Positions 46,058-56,913 of a stretch of DNA of 64,000 nucleotides are shown in pieces (the first letter of the stretch is position 1; each line of letters begins with the position of its first letter). The notes under the pieces were generated by a model. It searched no databases. It saw nothing but the letters and a program-made list of their open reading frames with translations, and was not told the DNA's origin. A program made the position numbers and the translations under genes. The stretch is from an uncultured Candidatus Binatia bacterium (GTDB lineage: Bacteria > Desulfobacterota > Binatia > UBA9968 > JAJDTQ01): assembly GCA_965213675.1 (NCBI GenBank), contig OZ243916.1, forward strand, positions 544,001 to 608,000, in the 5' to 3' direction.

Positions 46058-47044
46058 TCAGTAGGGCAGCCGGGTTCCGGCGCCTTCCTCCAAGGCTTTC
46101 CGGTACAGCCACGCGGCCAGCGAGATGTCCTGGTTCACCAGGCCGATGGCGCGCATGAAAATCCGTTCCCGGTCGTCTTCCCGGCCGGGGACCTTGCCCG
46201 ACAGGACGTCCGGGATCTCGGCGTAGACGTCATCGGCGGTGAGGAAGCCTTCCTTGAGCATCCGGTCGATGTCGGACTTCTTCCTGCACTGGGCCCAACT
46301 GTCCACCACGAACTTTCCCATGCCCTTGTAGGCGGCGTTCTCCAGTTCCTGATGCTTGCCGATGGAGTAGACGAAGGCCCCTTCGGAGATCCATTCCTGC
46401 TTGACGAAGGGCTCGGCGGTGGTGGTGGCGGACACCACCAGGTCCGCGCCGTCCAGCGCCTGTGGAGCGGTGTCGCAGGGGACGATGTTCAGGGCCAACT
46501 CCTCGCCCACCTCCCGGGCGAAGGCCTCCCGGGTCTCGGGGCGGCGGGACAGCACCCGCACCTCCTTGAGGTCGAAGGCGCGCGCCATGACCGGCACGGT
46601 GGCGCTGGCGGTGTCGCCGACGCCGAGCATGGCCATCACCGACGCGCCCCGGCGCGAGAGGCTCTGGCAGGCCACGGTGGCGGCGGCGCCGGTCCTGACG
46701 GAGTGGCACCAGTCCTCGTCCATGATGGCGGTGACCTCGCCGCCCTGGCGGTCGCTCAGGATGAGGATGCGCCGGGGGCCCTGGGGCGGCCGTGACGGGT
46801 CGCGGCTCCCGCCCGCGGCCTTGATGGCGCGGAAGCGGAACCCGGCGGCGGCGTCCAGCGAGCAGCCGGTGACCCAATACTGCCAGCCCTGCTCGGGCTT
46901 GACGGCTAGATCCTCCGGAACGGACCAGCCCACGCGTCCGGCGCTGTGGTCCTGCAGCGCGGACTTGACGATGTCGATGGCCTCGCCCAGGTCGAGGAGG
47001 CGCTTCACGTCGTCGTTGGACAGATAAAGGATTCCGTTGGCCAT
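46058..47044 (-). CDS. Ornithine cyclodeaminase/mu-crystallin family
   Basis: RTGAA, LGVG.TA, ADLVVSAT, GR..D.E.I....GL..QD. Confidence 0.85.
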   Translation of the reverse strand: MANGILYLSNDDVKRLLDLGEAIDIVKSALQDHSAGRVGWSVPEDLAVKPEQGWQYWVTGCSLDAAAGFRFRAIKAAGGSRDPSRPPQGPRRILILSDRQGGEVTAIMDEDWCHSVRTGAAATVACQSLSRRGASVMAMLGVGDTASATVPVMARAFDLKEVRVLSRRPETREAFAREVGEELALNIVPCDTAPQALDGADLVVSATTTAEPFVKQEWISEGAFVYSIGKHQELENAAYKGMGKFVVDSWAQCRKKSDIDRMLKEGFLTADDVYAEIPDVLSGKVPGREDDRERIFMRAIGLVNQDISLAAWLYRKALEEGAGTRLPY

Positions 47045-47084
47045 GGCGTTCCCCGGCTATCGCGGGCCCCGCGGCCCGGCCGCT

Positions 47085-48227
47085 TCATGGTTCGATGATG
47101 TGGAGCCGTTCGGCACCGGCGGTCAGGGGCTCCGCCCCGTCCGCCGTGATGAATACGTCCTCTTCCAGGTGGATGGAGGCCCCCGGGATGCGCACCTTCG
47201 GCTCGATGGCGAGTACCATGCCCACCTCCACGTTGCGCACCTCGGCCTCGCTGATGGAGGGGGGTTCGGCCCGGGCCATTCCGATGCCGTGTCCGATGCG
47301 CTTGGGGCTGTCCACCTCGGGGTATCCGTTCCGCTTGAGCTCGACGTTGGCCACCCGCGGGATCTCGGCGATGGGCGTCCCCGGCTTCATCACCTTCTTG
47401 CATTCCTGGATCAGGTGCAGCGCCAGCCCGTGTTCCTTGATCTGGTCGGCGCTCGGCGCGCCGAAGACCGCCTGGCGGGTGATGTCGCCGTAGTACCCCT
47501 CGTAGCAGGCGCCGAAGTCGGCGATCAGGCGGTCGCCTTTCTCGTAGCGCCGCTCGTCGTACTTGGTGGAGGCGTTGAGCATGAGGAAGCCGGGATGGCG
47601 CGGATGGGCGCCTTCCTCGATCATGGCGATGTAGAGGCGCTCGGCCACCTCCCTGCGGGTCACCCCGGCCTTCAGGTCCGGCAGGATGCGGTCGAAGGCG
47701 TTTACCGAGATGTCGCACGCCTTGCGCATGTTCTCCATCTCCCGCGGGCTCTTGTAGAGCCGCTGGTCGGTCAGGGCCGCGGACCCGTCCTCGATCTTGG
47801 CCTTGGGCAAAGCCTCGGTGAGCTGGGTGAGATAGTTGACCGGGAAGCCCAGCCGCTGGTCGTCGTCGAGCTCGAACCCCAGCTTCGCCGAGCCGTAGCC
47901 CATGTCGTTCAGGATCCCGCTCAGCATCTCACGCGGAAAGGGCACGTCCACGTAGCTCCGCACCTCGCCGAACCAGGGCAACGCCTCGGCCTTGGTCTTG
48001 TTGTTGCCGTACACCAGTGCGAAGGGCTTGCCCTCCCTGGGAATGAAGCAGATCTCGGGCCGCATCAGGTGGTCGAACTGGTAGCTGACCAGGCCGGTGA
48101 AGTACCAGAAGTTGTCGCGGCTCGAGGCCACGATCAGGTCCAGCTCGTCCCGCTCCATGAGCCGCTGCAGCTCCTGGTGCCGTGATTCGTACTCTTCCTG
48201 GGGAAACGGTGCTTCGATCATGCGCAT
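47085..48227 (-). CDS. M24 (Xaa-Pro peptidase/creatinase) family protein
   Basis: KS..E...MR.A, D.GA.Y.GY.GDITR, GHGIG, IEP, EED. Confidence 0.88.
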   Translation of the reverse strand: MRMIEAPFPQEEYESRHQELQRLMERDELDLIVASSRDNFWYFTGLVSYQFDHLMRPEICFIPREGKPFALVYGNNKTKAEALPWFGEVRSYVDVPFPREMLSGILNDMGYGSAKLGFELDDDQRLGFPVNYLTQLTEALPKAKIEDGSAALTDQRLYKSPREMENMRKACDISVNAFDRILPDLKAGVTRREVAERLYIAMIEEGAHPRHPGFLMLNASTKYDERRYEKGDRLIADFGACYEGYYGDITRQAVFGAPSADQIKEHGLALHLIQECKKVMKPGTPIAEIPRVANVELKRNGYPEVDSPKRIGHGIGMARAEPPSISEAEVRNVEVGMVLAIEPKVRIPGASIHLEEDVFITADGAEPLTAGAERLHIIEP

Positions 48228-48422
48228 GCCTCCGTACGGGTGTAGTGATGGGACGGCTGGAACATATCAAGGGGTAGTGAGGGCCGCAAACCAGCCTGGC
48301 GCCGCGCCGCCCGGGGTCCCGCCTTCGTGGGAAACCGTGCCGTGTCCCGCAAGCTTCTGCGGCGCGCGCCGCGGAAATGGACGGAACGGGACAACCGGGG
48401 AGCGGGACGCCTCTGGCGGACT

Positions 48423-49811
48423 TCAGAACTCCGCGAATCCCGGGACTCGGGGGAAGGGAATGACGTCGCGGATGTTGCCCATGCCGGTCATGAACTGAAT
48501 CAGCCGCTCAAAGCCCAGCCCGAAGCCCGCGTGGGGCGCGCTGCCGTAACGCCGCAGCTCCAGGTACCACCAGTATTCTTCTTCGGGCAGGCCGCATTCC
48601 CGGATACGCTGGCGGAGCTGCGTCATACGGTGCTCGCGCTGGGAGCCGCCGATGATCTCGCCGATCTTGGGCACGAGCACGTCCATGGCGGCCACGGTGC
48701 GCTCGTCGTCGTTGAGGTACATGTAGAACGCCTTGATCTCCTTGGGATAGTCGATGACCATCACGGGCCGTCCCACGTGCTCTTCCACGATGTAGCGTTC
48801 GTGCTCGCTCTGGAGGTTGACGCCCCACGACACCGGATACTCGAAAGAGCGGCCGGAACGCTGGAGGATGTCCACGGCCTCCGTATAGGTCATGCGCTCG
48901 AAGGGCTGCTCCACGATGTGGGCAAGCGTTTCCAGCACGGTGGTGTCGATGCGCTGGTTGAAGAACGCCATGTCGTCGGCGCAGTTTTCCAGCACGTCCC
49001 GGGTGATTTCCTTGAGGAACGCTTCCGCCAGGTCCATGTCGCCCTGGATGTCGCAGAAGGCCATTTCCGGCTCCACCATCCAGAACTCCGCCAGGTGGCG
49101 GCTGGTATTGGAGTTCTCCGAGCGGAACGTCGGGCCGAACGTGTAAACGTGGCTCAAGGCCAGGGCCGCGATCTCCGCCTCGAGCTGGCCGGACACCGTG
49201 AGGCGCGCTTCCTTGCCGAAGAAGTCCTGGGAGTAGTCCACCCGGCCCGCCGGGGTGCGGGGCGCGTCGTCCGGGTCCAGCGCGGAGACCCGGAACATCT
49301 CGCCGGCGCCTTCGCAGTCGGACAGCGTGATGATGGGGGCATGCAGGTGGATGAAGCCACGCTCCTGAAAGAACCGGTGAATGGCCTGGGCGGCGGCGTT
49401 GCGCACGCGCATCACCGCGCCGAAGGTGTTGGTGCGCATGCGCAGGTGCCCCAGGGTGCGCAGAAACTCGAAGCTGTGACGCTTCTTCTGGAGCGGATAG
49501 TCGTCGTCGGCGCGGCCCACCACCTCCACCCGCGCCGCCTGGATCTCGTAGCGCTGCCCCTTGCCCGGCGATTCCACCAGCCGTCCCGCCACGCGTACGC
49601 AGCAGCCAGTGGTAAGCCTGCCCACCTCGGACTGGTAGTTGGCCAGTTCCGGCGCGGCCACCGCCTGGATGCCGGCCATGCACGATCCGTCCGAAACGTC
49701 GAGAAACGAGACATTCTTGCTGTGGCGCACGGTGCGCAGCCAGCCTTCCACCGTCACGTCCGCGCCCGCCACGCCGCGGTCGAGCACGTCCTTGATACGT
49801 TCCTTTGCCAT
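48423..49811 (-). CDS. asnS: Asparagine--tRNA ligase
   Basis: [71 protein letters not shown]. Confidence 0.97.
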   Translation of the reverse strand: MAKERIKDVLDRGVAGADVTVEGWLRTVRHSKNVSFLDVSDGSCMAGIQAVAAPELANYQSEVGRLTTGCCVRVAGRLVESPGKGQRYEIQAARVEVVGRADDDYPLQKKRHSFEFLRTLGHLRMRTNTFGAVMRVRNAAAQAIHRFFQERGFIHLHAPIITLSDCEGAGEMFRVSALDPDDAPRTPAGRVDYSQDFFGKEARLTVSGQLEAEIAALALSHVYTFGPTFRSENSNTSRHLAEFWMVEPEMAFCDIQGDMDLAEAFLKEITRDVLENCADDMAFFNQRIDTTVLETLAHIVEQPFERMTYTEAVDILQRSGRSFEYPVSWGVNLQSEHERYIVEEHVGRPVMVIDYPKEIKAFYMYLNDDERTVAAMDVLVPKIGEIIGGSQREHRMTQLRQRIRECGLPEEEYWWYLELRRYGSAPHAGFGLGFERLIQFMTGMGNIRDVIPFPRVPGFAEF

Positions 49812-49948
49812 GACTGTTCAGTGTCTCCTTTCCGAGGGATCATCGCGACCGGTCCGAAACCCGTCGTCGCTCAAGGCTCCCGAGTCCCTCCCTGCTCCCG
49901 GCCTCTGCAGCATTGCGGTGAACGTGTGAATCACGATTTGGGCGCCGC

Positions 49949-50662
49949 TCACATCCCCAGCCGCAGGATCATGCGCAGGGCCAGCAGCGTCACGACCCAC
50001 TTGAGAACCGTGCGGAACAGCGCTTCCGGAACCCGCGCGCGCAGCCGGGTGCCCACCCAGGAGCCCAGAGTCGTGCTCACCACCATGCCGGCGATCAGGT
50101 GAAGGTACGGCGCAAAGGCGAATCCAAGCAAGAAGAAAGTGGACACCTTGATGACGTGCACCGCGGTCATCTGGACGGCGTGGGTGATGACGAGGCGGTC
50201 CCGGGGAAGTCCCTCGCGGATGAGGAAGGGCATGTTGAGGGGGCCCACCACGCCGACGAACAAGGACAGGAATGCCTGCACGCCGCCCACGATGGCGAAT
50301 TTCCCCGGAATGCGCGGGACGCTTCGGATGCCGGGCGCCCAGGTGATGAGCAGGATGAAGCCGCCGATGACCACGGGCAGGTATTCGGAGTCGATGTCCA
50401 CCAGCAGCATCGAGCCCAGCGACGCCCCCAGGAGCCCGCCCAGAACGAATGGCAGGAAGAACGTCCACACCACATGGCGCAGGCCGAACAGCGCGCGCGT
50501 GAGGTTGCTGAAGATCTGCACCATGCCGTGCACCGGGATGATGGCGGGGGTGGGAATGAGCCCCGGCATGACCGACATGAGCAGGATGCCGCCGCCGAGG
50601 CCCACCACGGCGGCGGTGACCGCGGCGACGAAAGCGATGCCTATGAGGAACAGTTCGGTCAC
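49949..50662 (-). CDS. Sulfite exporter TauE/SafE family
   Basis: G.GGG.LL, P.HG.VQ..SN..R, VG..GP; hydrophobic throughout. Confidence 0.85.
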   Translation of the reverse strand: MTELFLIGIAFVAAVTAAVVGLGGGILLMSVMPGLIPTPAIIPVHGMVQIFSNLTRALFGLRHVVWTFFLPFVLGGLLGASLGSMLLVDIDSEYLPVVIGGFILLITWAPGIRSVPRIPGKFAIVGGVQAFLSLFVGVVGPLNMPFLIREGLPRDRLVITHAVQMTAVHVIKVSTFFLLGFAFAPYLHLIAGMVVSTTLGSWVGTRLRARVPEALFRTVLKWVVTLLALRMILRLGM

Positions 50663-50762
50663 GGAGCGGAGGGACCGTCAGGGGCCAGGGACTGGCCGGT
50701 CTGGACCGTTGCCTCCGGGACCTGTCCCACTGTCCCTGCTTCCAGCTTCTGCCACATCGGGG

Positions 50763-51566
50763 CTACGATTCCGGGTCCGGGGTCGTGTCCCGTCGCACCG
50801 GATTGCGCAGGGTGCCGATGTGGTTGATGTCGACGGCCACCACGTCGCCATCCTTCATGTCCTCGGTGGCGCCGTCGGTGCCCATCCACAGAATGTCTCC
50901 GGGCGCCAGGGTGAGGTAGCGGCTCATGGCGCTGATGTAGCGGGCCACGCTGAAGATGGCGTCCTTCACCTGGTACTCGCCCACCACCCGGTCGTTCAGG
51001 GTGACGGTGACGTGCAGGTCGTCGGGATGGAGGTCGGTGACGATCCACGGGCCCATGGGCTTGAAGGTGTCGGTGTTCTTGGCGCGCCACAGGGTGCGGT
51101 CGGACCGCTGCCAGGTGCGTTCGCTCACGTCGTTGCCGATGGTGTAGCCGAACACGTAGTCCAGCGCCTCGTTCTCGGGCACGTTGCGGCAGGTGCGTCC
51201 GAGGACGGCCACCAACTCGCCCTCATACTGCACCCGCTCGGAGGCATCCCGCGGGATGACGATGGCGTCGCCGTCAGCCGCCAGCGCATTCACGGCGCGG
51301 TAGCCCACGTCCGGCTTGGGTGGGAACACCGGCTCTTCGCCCCGCACCTGGGCGGCGAAGGTCACGTGCTCGCGGTAGTTGACCCCGGCGGCGTAGAAGG
51401 TTGGCGGCACCACCGGGGCCAGCAGCTTCACGTCCGCCAGCGCATGGGTGTCGCCGGTGACGGTATAGTTCTCGAAGGGGCTGCCGCCGATGACATGGAC
51501 GGTGTCCGCGTCGTCGATGAAGCCAAAGGCCGTCTTGCCGCTGCTGTGGAATCTGCACCACCTCAT
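50763..51566 (-). CDS. Fumarylacetoacetate hydrolase family protein
   Basis: G.NY..H, YEGEL..V.G, GYTIGNDVS.R, AKNTDTF.PMGPW, L.PGD...GT. Confidence 0.9.
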   Translation of the reverse strand: MRWCRFHSSGKTAFGFIDDADTVHVIGGSPFENYTVTGDTHALADVKLLAPVVPPTFYAAGVNYREHVTFAAQVRGEEPVFPPKPDVGYRAVNALAADGDAIVIPRDASERVQYEGELVAVLGRTCRNVPENEALDYVFGYTIGNDVSERTWQRSDRTLWRAKNTDTFKPMGPWIVTDLHPDDLHVTVTLNDRVVGEYQVKDAIFSVARYISAMSRYLTLAPGDILWMGTDGATEDMKDGDVVAVDINHIGTLRNPVRRDTTPDPES

Positions 51567-51589
51567 TCGAAGTTCTCCCACACACATTC

Positions 51590-51715
51590 GCCATTCCCGC
51601 GAAAGCCTGCCCTCGACCGTGATCGGGGGCGGGAAACCAGGAGCGGGGGCGTGGGACAAACCTTCGCGCGGCCCAACCGCCCAGACCCCTGGATTCCCGC
51701 ATTCGCGGGAATGAC
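51590..51715. repeat. REP/RPE-type palindromic element with a nested palindromic insert
   Basis: CATTCCCGCGAAAG...GCGGGAAACCAG ... CTGGATTCCCGCATTCGCGGGAATGAC; left arm interrupted by CCTGCCCTCGACCGTGATCGGGG. Confidence 0.7.
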
Positions 51716-51734
51716 GGTTACGAGTTGCCGTCGC

Positions 51735-53183
51735 CTATTCCCGCACCACCCAAAGGTCCATGAAGTCCCGCACGCGCATGGGTTCCAGGAGGTCGCGAGA
51801 GGCGCACGCCGTGAGGATTGCCGCGCACTCGCCCGCGGGGAGGCGCGCGTCCAGGTGGCGCTGAAACTTCGCCTCCAGCAGCGGCACCGCCTCGCCGCGA
51901 CGCCTGCGGTGTCCGATGGGGTAGGCCACCTCCACCCGCGCCGTGGCGCTGCCGTCCCTGAAGTGCACCTGCACGGCGTTGCCGATGGCGCGCTTGTCCG
52001 GGTCCATGTAGTCCACGGTGAATTGCGGATTCTCCCGCACTTCCATCTTGTCGCGCAGGGCATCGATGCGCGGGTCCTGCGCCGCTTCGTCCTCATAATG
52101 CCGCGCGGTGAGAGCGCCGTGGATCAACGGGACGGCCACCATGTACTGAAGGCAATGGTCCCGGTCCGCGGGGTTGTCCAGCGGGCCGGTCTTGTCGATG
52201 ATGCGTGAACCCGCCTCCTGGGTCTCGATGACCACTCGCTCCACCGCGTCGAGCCGGTCCTTGACCGCGCCGTGCAACGCCAGCGCCGCTTCCACCGCGG
52301 TCTGGGCGTGAAACTCCGCGGGAAACGAGATCTTGAACAGCACGTTCTCCATGACGTAGCCGCCGTAGGGCTGGCTGAACGAGAACGGGCGGCCCTTGAA
52401 GAGTACGTCGTACCAGCCCCAGCCCTTGGCGGAGAGCGCCGAGGGATAGCCCATCTCCCCCTGAAGCGCCATCAACGCCAGGCGCACGGCGCGACTGGCG
52501 GCGTCGCCCGCGGCCCAACTCTTGCGCGAGCCGGTGTTGGGGGCGTGGCGGTAGGCGCGCAGGGCGCCGCCGTCGATCCAGGCGTTGGAGAGGGCGTTTA
52601 CCACCTGCTCCTGCGAACCGCCCAACAGGGCCGCGGCCACCGCGGTGCTGGCCACCCGCACCAGCAGCACGTGGTCCAGGCCCACGCGGTTGAAACTGTT
52701 CTCCAGGGCCATGACGCCCTGGATCTCGTGAGCCTGGATCATGCTCGTCAGCACGTCGCCCATGGTGACGCCGCCGCCCTCGCCCGCGCGCCGGTCGAGG
52801 TAATCCGCCACCGCCAGGATCGCCCCCAGGTTGTCCGAGGGATGGCCCCATTCCGCGGCCAGAAAGGTGTCGTTGAAGTCGAGCCAGCGGATCATGGCGC
52901 CGATGTTGAAAGCGGCCTGGACCGGGTCGAGTTCCCATTCCGTGCCGGGGACGCGGGCGCCTCCGGGCATGACCGCGCCGGGCACCACCGGCCCCAGCAG
53001 CCGGGTGCACGCCGGAAACTCCAGCGCCGCCAGGGCGCAGCCCAGGCTGTCCATGAGACACAGACGCGCGGTCTCCCGCGCCTCGTTGGAGAAAGGTCCG
53101 CCCGAAAGGGCGTACGACGCCATGTCGGAGAGGACCGCATCGGGCCGGGGCCGCTGGGCGTCGCGCACGGAAAAGTGGGTCAT
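51735..53183 (-). CDS. prpD: 2-methylcitrate dehydratase
   Basis: [81 protein letters not shown]. Confidence 0.95.
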   Translation of the reverse strand: MTHFSVRDAQRPRPDAVLSDMASYALSGGPFSNEARETARLCLMDSLGCALAALEFPACTRLLGPVVPGAVMPGGARVPGTEWELDPVQAAFNIGAMIRWLDFNDTFLAAEWGHPSDNLGAILAVADYLDRRAGEGGGVTMGDVLTSMIQAHEIQGVMALENSFNRVGLDHVLLVRVASTAVAAALLGGSQEQVVNALSNAWIDGGALRAYRHAPNTGSRKSWAAGDAASRAVRLALMALQGEMGYPSALSAKGWGWYDVLFKGRPFSFSQPYGGYVMENVLFKISFPAEFHAQTAVEAALALHGAVKDRLDAVERVVIETQEAGSRIIDKTGPLDNPADRDHCLQYMVAVPLIHGALTARHYEDEAAQDPRIDALRDKMEVRENPQFTVDYMDPDKRAIGNAVQVHFRDGSATARVEVAYPIGHRRRRGEAVPLLEAKFQRHLDARLPAGECAAILTACASRDLLEPMRVRDFMDLWVVRE

Positions 53184-53209
53184 GGTGAAGCCGTGGAAGC
53201 GATGGGCGG

Positions 53210-54091
53210 CTATTCCTTGCGGAACAGGGCGTCCAGTTTCTGCTCGTAGGCGTGGTAGCCAAGCACGTCGTAGAGCTGCTCGCGGGTCTGCATCCCTTCG
53301 ATCACACCGCTCTGGGTGCCGTCCTCGCGGATGACCTGGTAGACGTTCATGGCGGCTTGGCTCATGGCGCGGAACGCGGACAGGGGATAGAGCACGAGCC
53401 CGACCCCGGCCTCGCGCAACTCGTCCACGCCGAAGAGCGGCGTGCGCCCGAACTCGGTCAGGTTGGCCAGCACCGGTACGTCCACGCCGGCGCAGAAGGC
53501 GCGGTAGTCGTCCAGCGTTTGCACCGCTTCGGGAAAGATCATGTCCGCCCCGGCGTCGACGTAACGCCGCACCCGCTCCAGCGCGGCCTCCAGGCCCTCG
53601 CTGGCGAAGGCGTCGGTGCGCGCCATGATGACGAATTGGTCGTCGATGCGTCCGTCGACCGCCGCCTTGATGCGGTCCACCATCTCGCCGGTGGAGACGA
53701 TCTGCTTGTTGGGCCGGTGGCCGCAGCGTTTGGCCTGAACCTGGTCTTCCATGTGCACAGCCGCCGCCTGGGCGCGGATCATCTCGCGGATGGCGCGGGA
53801 GATATTGAAGGCCGTGCCCCAGCCGGTGTCGATGTCCACGAGCAGCGGCAGCGGGCTTGCCGCGGTGAGCCGGCGCACGTCTTCGAGCACGTCGTTCAGG
53901 GTGGTGACGCCCAGATCCGGCTGGGCAAAGGATGCGTTGGCGACTCCCGCGCCGGACAGGTAGAGCGCCCGGAAGCCCTGCCGCTCGGCCAGCAGCGCGC
54001 AGTAGGCGTTGATGGCGCCGACGACCTGAAGCGGGCGTTCTTCCCGAACCGCGCGCCGGAACGCCGCGCCCGGTGATCTCTCGTGTTCCAT
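53210..54091 (-). CDS. prpB: Methylisocitrate lyase
   Basis: [46 protein letters not shown]. Confidence 0.95.
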   Translation of the reverse strand: MEHERSPGAAFRRAVREERPLQVVGAINAYCALLAERQGFRALYLSGAGVANASFAQPDLGVTTLNDVLEDVRRLTAASPLPLLVDIDTGWGTAFNISRAIREMIRAQAAAVHMEDQVQAKRCGHRPNKQIVSTGEMVDRIKAAVDGRIDDQFVIMARTDAFASEGLEAALERVRRYVDAGADMIFPEAVQTLDDYRAFCAGVDVPVLANLTEFGRTPLFGVDELREAGVGLVLYPLSAFRAMSQAAMNVYQVIREDGTQSGVIEGMQTREQLYDVLGYHAYEQKLDALFRKE

Positions 54092-54123
54092 GTTCGTGGT
54101 GTCCCGGTGTGTCCCTGCAACGC

Positions 54124-54774
54124 TCAGAAGTAGGACAGGTCCAGTGCGCCCACCCGCTGCAGGTGGGTGACGTCGCCCCAGGTCTCCAGCCCCCAGGCGC
54201 CGTCCTGAAATCTGAACCGGTTGACGCTGGCGTTCTTGAAGGAGAAACGCCGCGGCGCGTCCAGGGAGATGTCCAGCGTGTGGCGGAACAGGGCGCTCAG
54301 GACGCCGCCGTGGGTGACCACCATGATCACGTCGCCGGCGTGACGCCGCGCCAGTTCTTCCAGGCACCGCATGTTCCGCGCGGTTTGCTGCCGGAAGCTC
54401 TCGCCCTGGGGCACCGCGTGGTCGGCGCCGCCGTTCCGGTGTTCCTGGTACTCCGTCGGATAGCGCCGGCGGATCTCGTCGCCGTCGAGCCCCTGAAAGA
54501 TGCCGAGATGGCGCTCGCGCAGGCGCGCGTCGGCAACCACTTCGTGGCCGGTCTTCTCGGCGATGGCCTTGGCGGTCTCATAGGCCCGGCCCAGGTCGCT
54601 GCTGTAGATGGCGCTGCAACTCTCCGGGGTGAAGCGCTGCGCCAGCGCTTCCGCCTGGGCGCGCCCCTTGGGCGTGAGCGTGCTGTCGAGGTGGCCCTGG
54701 CGCCGGCCCTCGGTGTTCCACTCGGTTTCGCCGTGCCGCACCACGATGACGTCGGTCGCGTCCATGCGGGACAT
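54124..54774 (-). CDS. Histidine phosphatase family protein
   Basis: [32 protein letters not shown]. Confidence 0.9.
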   Translation of the reverse strand: MSRMDATDVIVVRHGETEWNTEGRRQGHLDSTLTPKGRAQAEALAQRFTPESCSAIYSSDLGRAYETAKAIAEKTGHEVVADARLRERHLGIFQGLDGDEIRRRYPTEYQEHRNGGADHAVPQGESFRQQTARNMRCLEELARRHAGDVIMVVTHGGVLSALFRHTLDISLDAPRRFSFKNASVNRFRFQDGAWGLETWGDVTHLQRVGALDLSYF

Positions 54775-54875
54775 CCTAGCCAATGGACCTTGAAATTTCT
54801 ATCGGAATGGAGGATAGGCCAACGGAAGCGCTGGCCGTATGCGCTCCACATCATTCGTCCCCAAGGAGGAGAACC

Positions 54876-55313
54876 ATGGAAGCCAAGACCTTTTCCGTCA
54901 AGACGCCCTGCATCACCGGCGGCCGCAGCCACATGCCCCTGGTGCGGACCGACGTGCTCATGAGCGGCCTCAACTACTACGCGCCCGGCCGCAAGAACAA
55001 ACTGCACACCCACCCGGGCGAGGACCACATGTTCGTGGTGCTGGACGGCGAAGCCACCTTCTTCGACAAGGAACAGAAGGCTACGGTGCTGGGCAAGGGA
55101 GACGGCATCCTTCTCCCGGAAGGCCACTACTACCAGTTCGAGAGCACCGGCGACACGGCGCTGGCGTTGCTGCGCTTCGCCGCCTACAAGCCGGATCGGA
55201 AAGACATCCGGCGCGTGGACGCCACCGGCGAAAACTCCCGCACGGAGGATGAGATGGATTACGTGTGCGTGGACGGCGACCCCGTCGAGGGCCAGGAGTG
55301 GACGCTGAGTTGA
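54876..55313 (+). CDS. Cupin domain protein
   Basis: LHTHPGEDH.F.VL.GEA.F, GDGILLP.G.YY.F; AAGGAGGA RBS. Confidence 0.85.
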   Translation: MEAKTFSVKTPCITGGRSHMPLVRTDVLMSGLNYYAPGRKNKLHTHPGEDHMFVVLDGEATFFDKEQKATVLGKGDGILLPEGHYYQFESTGDTALALLRFAAYKPDRKDIRRVDATGENSRTEDEMDYVCVDGDPVEGQEWTLS

Positions 55314-55444
55314 TCCAGGACCGGGCGACGGCGGCGTGCCGGTTCGCCCCTCGGCGTGGTCGATGCCCGGATCGATATCCGCCCCGCGCCAGTCCGGAAG
55401 AAGCCGTACATCCCGCACGGTTGAAGCGTATCTCAGGGAGTGGT

Positions 55445-55520
55445 TGGTGAGCCGTGCCGGGATCGAACCGGCGACCCTCTGCTTAAAAGGCAGATGCTCT
55501 ACCTGCTGAGCTAACGGCTC
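55445..55520 (-). tRNA. tRNA-Lys (anticodon UUU)
   Basis: GAGCCGTTAGCTCAGCAGGTAGAGCATCTGCCTTTTAAGCAGAGGGTCGCCGGTTCGATCCCGGCACGGCTCACCA; 76 nt, encoded CCA. Confidence 0.97.
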
Positions 55521-55699
55521 GCGGTGGGGATGCGGCGGCGCGGTGGCCACCGCGCCGACAAGTGGATATCAGTCTACCAGTGCGTCGCGGCAGCGTGCAA
55601 GGCAGACGCCTGCGCCATCCTCGTCATGCGGCTCGCGTTCTGGTAGAGAGCCACGAAACCCGCCAGCTTCCAAGACACCGGTCGAGAGGAGATCCGTCA

Positions 55700-56788
55700 A
55701 TGCTTTTGATTGCCGATCCTGACGTACAACAAGTCCTTCGGGTGGAGGACATCATCGACGACATGGAGCGGGCCTTTGCCGAGGAAGCGCGCGGCATCGC
55801 CGTCAACAAGCCGCGTACGCGCTACAAGGTGCCGCCGGATCCGGACTCCGACGGCTACATGGCCAACATCATTCCCGGCGCGGTGCCGAGTTCCGGGGTG
55901 GCGGCGCTCCGCTATGATTCCATGGTGGTGCGGGAGCGGATGGTGGAGGGGCTCAAACGCATGGATTACCCGTATCCGGCGCGCCGGAGCTGGGGCTTCG
56001 TGCTGCTGTTCAACCTGGAGGACGCGGAGCCCCTGGCCATCATTCACGACTTCAGCCTGTCGGCGATACGGGTGGGCGCCACCACCGGGGTGGCCACGCG
56101 CGCGCTGTCGCGGGAGGACAGCCGGGTGGTGGGGCTCTTCGGCTCGGGCAACGAGGCGGTGCAGAACCTTGCGGCCATCTGCGCGGTGCGGGACGTGCGC
56201 GAGGTGCGCGTGTACAGTGTCACCAAAGAGCACCGGGAACGGTTCGCCATGGAGATGACCGGCCGGCTCGACATCCAGGTGCGGCCGGTGGACAACGCCC
56301 GGGCCGTGGTGGAAGGCGCGGACATCGTCATGTGCGCCACCAACGCCAGCACGCCGGTGTTCGACGGCGACTGGCTGGTACCCGGCCAGATGGTCACCAC
56401 CATCGTCAACACCGACGGGGTACACCGGCGCACCGAGGCGGACGCCGCCACGTTTACGCGCGCCGATCTCATCGTGCTCAACAACAAGGAAACGTCCCTG
56501 CACAATCAGCAGCGCGAGATGCTCGACCTCATCGACGAGGGCAGGATCGGGTGGGACAGGATCTGCGAGTTGGGTCAGGTTCTCATCGGCGACAACCCGG
56601 GCCGAAAGAGCGCGGACGACATCATCTACTACAAGAGCAACACCGGGGTCGGAATCCAGTTCGCCGCCGCCGGCGCGGTGATCTACGAGGAATGCAAGAA
56701 GCGGGGGCTCGGACGCGAGTTGCCCACCGAGTGGTTCGGCGCCGACCTGGGCGAGTGGCTGGACAAGGGGTACTCGCCGTCGCCGTAG
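55700..56788 (+). CDS. Ornithine cyclodeaminase/mu-crystallin family
   Basis: RVGA..G, GLFGSG.EA, ADIV.CATN..TPV, GR.S.DDI.YY..N.G.GIQFAA. Confidence 0.85.
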   Translation: MLLIADPDVQQVLRVEDIIDDMERAFAEEARGIAVNKPRTRYKVPPDPDSDGYMANIIPGAVPSSGVAALRYDSMVVRERMVEGLKRMDYPYPARRSWGFVLLFNLEDAEPLAIIHDFSLSAIRVGATTGVATRALSREDSRVVGLFGSGNEAVQNLAAICAVRDVREVRVYSVTKEHRERFAMEMTGRLDIQVRPVDNARAVVEGADIVMCATNASTPVFDGDWLVPGQMVTTIVNTDGVHRRTEADAATFTRADLIVLNNKETSLHNQQREMLDLIDEGRIGWDRICELGQVLIGDNPGRKSADDIIYYKSNTGVGIQFAAAGAVIYEECKKRGLGRELPTEWFGADLGEWLDKGYSPSP

Positions 56789-56898
56789 GCGGACGCGCGG
56801 CTCCACGACGCGGCCGTGCAAACCCGGGACCTGGCCGGCGGCATCAGGGTCGTCGACATCGAACCCCTGCCCGTGCCCTTGCGGGAAGGGCTGGATAA

Positions 56899-56913
56899 CA
56901 GACACCACACTAG
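56899..56913. repeat. Solo MITE family A end (CAGACACCACACTAG) overlapping the stop codon of the 56910-58025 gene
   Basis: 15/15 identity to the family A right end. Confidence 0.6.

Noticed and set aside
55380-55520. tRNA-Lys as an integration site (att) for an island
   Set aside because: No duplicated tRNA 3' end or adjacent integrase seen in the window
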